DNA from: Eledone cirrhosa
Lineage: Eukaryota
Reading direction: 5' to 3'
Assembly (NCBI GenBank): GCA_964016885.1
Contig: OZ024755.1
Coordinates: forward strand, 18,476,001 to 18,540,000
DNA length: 64,000 nucleotides
Below, piece after piece: positions 61,829 through 64,000 of the stretch (positions are counted from its first letter, which is position 1; every line of letters begins with the position of its first letter). Made by a program: the position numbers and the translations under genes. The notes beneath the pieces are model-generated. The model searched no databases, was not told the origin of the DNA, and was given only the letters and a program-made list of their open reading frames with translations.

Positions 61829-62657
61829 CAAACTGTAGCTATAGCTAACACATGAAATAAACTGTAGTTATAGCTAATACAAGACATAAACTGTAGTTAT
61901 AGCTAATACAAGACATAAACTGTAGTTATAGTTAATACAAGACATAAACTGCAGCTATAGCTAACACATGGTATAAACTGTAGTTATAGCTATCACATGG
62001 TATAAACCAGTTATAACTAACATATGGTATAAACTGTAGTTATATCTAACACATTGTATAAACTGTAGTTATAGCTAACACATGAAATAAACTGTAGTTA
62101 TAGCTAACACATGGTATAAACTGTAGTTATAGCTAACACATGGTATAAATTGTAGTTATAGCTAACACATGGTATAAACTAGTTATAGCTATTACATGGT
62201 ATAAACTGTAGTTATAGCTAACACATGGTATAAACTGTAGTTATAGCTATCACATGGTATAAACTACAGCTATAGCTAACACATTGTATAAACTGTAGTT
62301 ATAGCTAACACATGGTATAAACTGTAGCTATAGCTATCACATGGTATAAACTAGTTATAGCTAACACATGAAATAAACTGTAGTTATAGCTAACACATTG
62401 TATAAACTGTAGCTATAGCTAACACATGGTATAAACTGTAGCTATAGCTATCACATGGTATAAACTGTAGTTATAGCTAACACATGGTATAAACTGTAGT
62501 TATAGCTATCACATGGTATAAACTAGTTATAGCTAACACATGGTATAAACTGTAGTTATAGCTAACACATGGTATAAACTGTAGTTATAGCTAACACATG
62601 GTATAAACTGTAGTTATAGCTAATACAAGACACAAACTGTAGTTATAGCTAATACAA
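61829..62657. repeat. 29-bp minisatellite (AAACTGTAGTTATAGCTAACACATGGTAT), about 28 copies
   Basis: Direct periodicity. Confidence 0.95.
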
Positions 62658-63171
62658 TTGATCCAACAATTGGAACACTTGATCCTATTGTTTATAGTGA
62701 CATAATTGAAAAGTTGTGCATTTAGATTTGAATAAACTTGTAGTTTTATAATGTGAAATATAACTTACCACACATAAAACTGCAGCTTCTAGTATTTTTG
62801 TTAAAAAACGAGTAAAATAACATCGATAGCAAATATGAGATGAGATGAAAATCAAAGCAGTAAAAACTTAGTATAAATAGGATTGTGACATCACATTTAT
62901 GACATCATAGTTAAATTCTTGATGTTTTGATTATTCTAATCATCATCATCATCATCATCATTTAATGTCCATTTCTCCATGGGTTAGATGAGTTGTCCTG
63001 TTGCGAGACAAGGCAGATCAAATGACCATGTCTGGCTCATATAAAACTGGTTCTGGCTTGGTTTCTATGGCTGGATGCCCTTCTTAACACCATAGTATAT
63101 ATATATATATACTAATATATTGAGTACCTTACTTACTGTGGTTATCCCCGATTGAACCTGGGACTCATATA

Positions 63172-63369
63172 TATCGACAGTCAATCGACTTTCATCAAAT
63201 TGCACCAAGGAAACAATTTTTTCGTTGGTCTTTCCAATTGCTACCTATCAGTCGCAACTCCATGTAGAAGGGGCAACGTGAAATAAAGTGACATAACGCA
63301 TTGCCTGGTCCGGGAATCAAACTCATAAACTCATGATTACCAATTCTCTAAACACTCAGCCACGCACCT
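63172..63369 (-). mobile_element. SINE family 3 (internally deleted)
   Basis: Homologous to 40008-40220. Confidence 0.78.
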
Positions 63370-63381
63370 ATAAAAATATAC

Positions 63382-63471
63382 AATTGTTTCTACTTTTGGC
63401 ACAAGGCCAGCAATTATCCCAGTGCATTACTGGTATTTTATTTTATCGACCCTGTAAGAATGAAAGGCAAA
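63382..63471 (-). mobile_element. SINE family 1 3' fragment
   Basis: TTGTTTCTACTTTTGGCACAAGGCCAG...GAAAGGCAAA. Confidence 0.8.
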
Positions 63472-63654
63472 CACAAGGTCAGCAATTTGAGTGGAGAGGG
63501 AGGGAGTTAATTTTATTGACCCCTAAAATTTCAAGGAAACTAAATTTATAACAGCATTTATAAATCCTATTTTGTTTATTTCAAAATACATTCAGCAAGT
63601 GAAAACAACTGTTGTGATCAAATATAGAAGAAAAAGATTTGATATAAATCATAA

Positions 63655-64000
63655 ATTATACCAAATATAGAATATACACTCATGTAAAATATCGTCAATT
63701 ATACCAACTATATAATATACACCCATGGAAATATCATAACATATACCAACTATATAATATACTCATGTAAAATATCGTAAATTATACCAACTATATAATA
63801 TACACTCATGGAAATATCATAACATATACCAACTATATAATATACACCCATGGAAATATAACATATACCAACTATATAATATACACTCATGGAAATATCA
63901 TAAAATATACCAACTATATAATATACACTCATGGAAATATCATAACATATACCAACTATATAATATACACCCATGTAAAATATCGTAAATTATACCAACT
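63655..64000. repeat. About 43-bp minisatellite (TATACCAACTATATAATATACAC(T/C)CATG...), runs off window end
   Basis: Direct periodicity. Confidence 0.92.

Overview
Repeat-dominated animal genomic DNA, probably intronic or intergenic. The SINE/LINE repertoire suggests an octopus or other coleoid cephalopod; this is an inference from remembered repeat families, not a search result. There are no prokaryotic operons, CRISPR arrays, rRNA or true tRNA genes, and almost all listed ORFs are translations of micro- or minisatellites. The window holds: about 25 tandem arrays; many tRNA-derived SINEs with several body types; 3' fragments of RTE, CR1 and Tx1-like LINEs, one an uninterrupted 283-codon RTE ORF end carrying a PHD-type zinc finger; a decayed Helitron Rep-helicase fragment; a complete non-autonomous Helitron; and four TTAA piggyBac-type MITEs. 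One well-formed host exon (6316-6402, minus) and a weaker candidate (43838-43990, minus) are visible. The most interesting signal is a set of short hammerhead-ribozyme-bearing, often palindromic elements sitting in (TA)n tracts, probably Penelope-like pLTR remnants. At three separate loci they repeat the same tail-to-tail two-module arrangement. A second theme is minisatellites that visibly arose from internal segments of SINEs and LINE tails.
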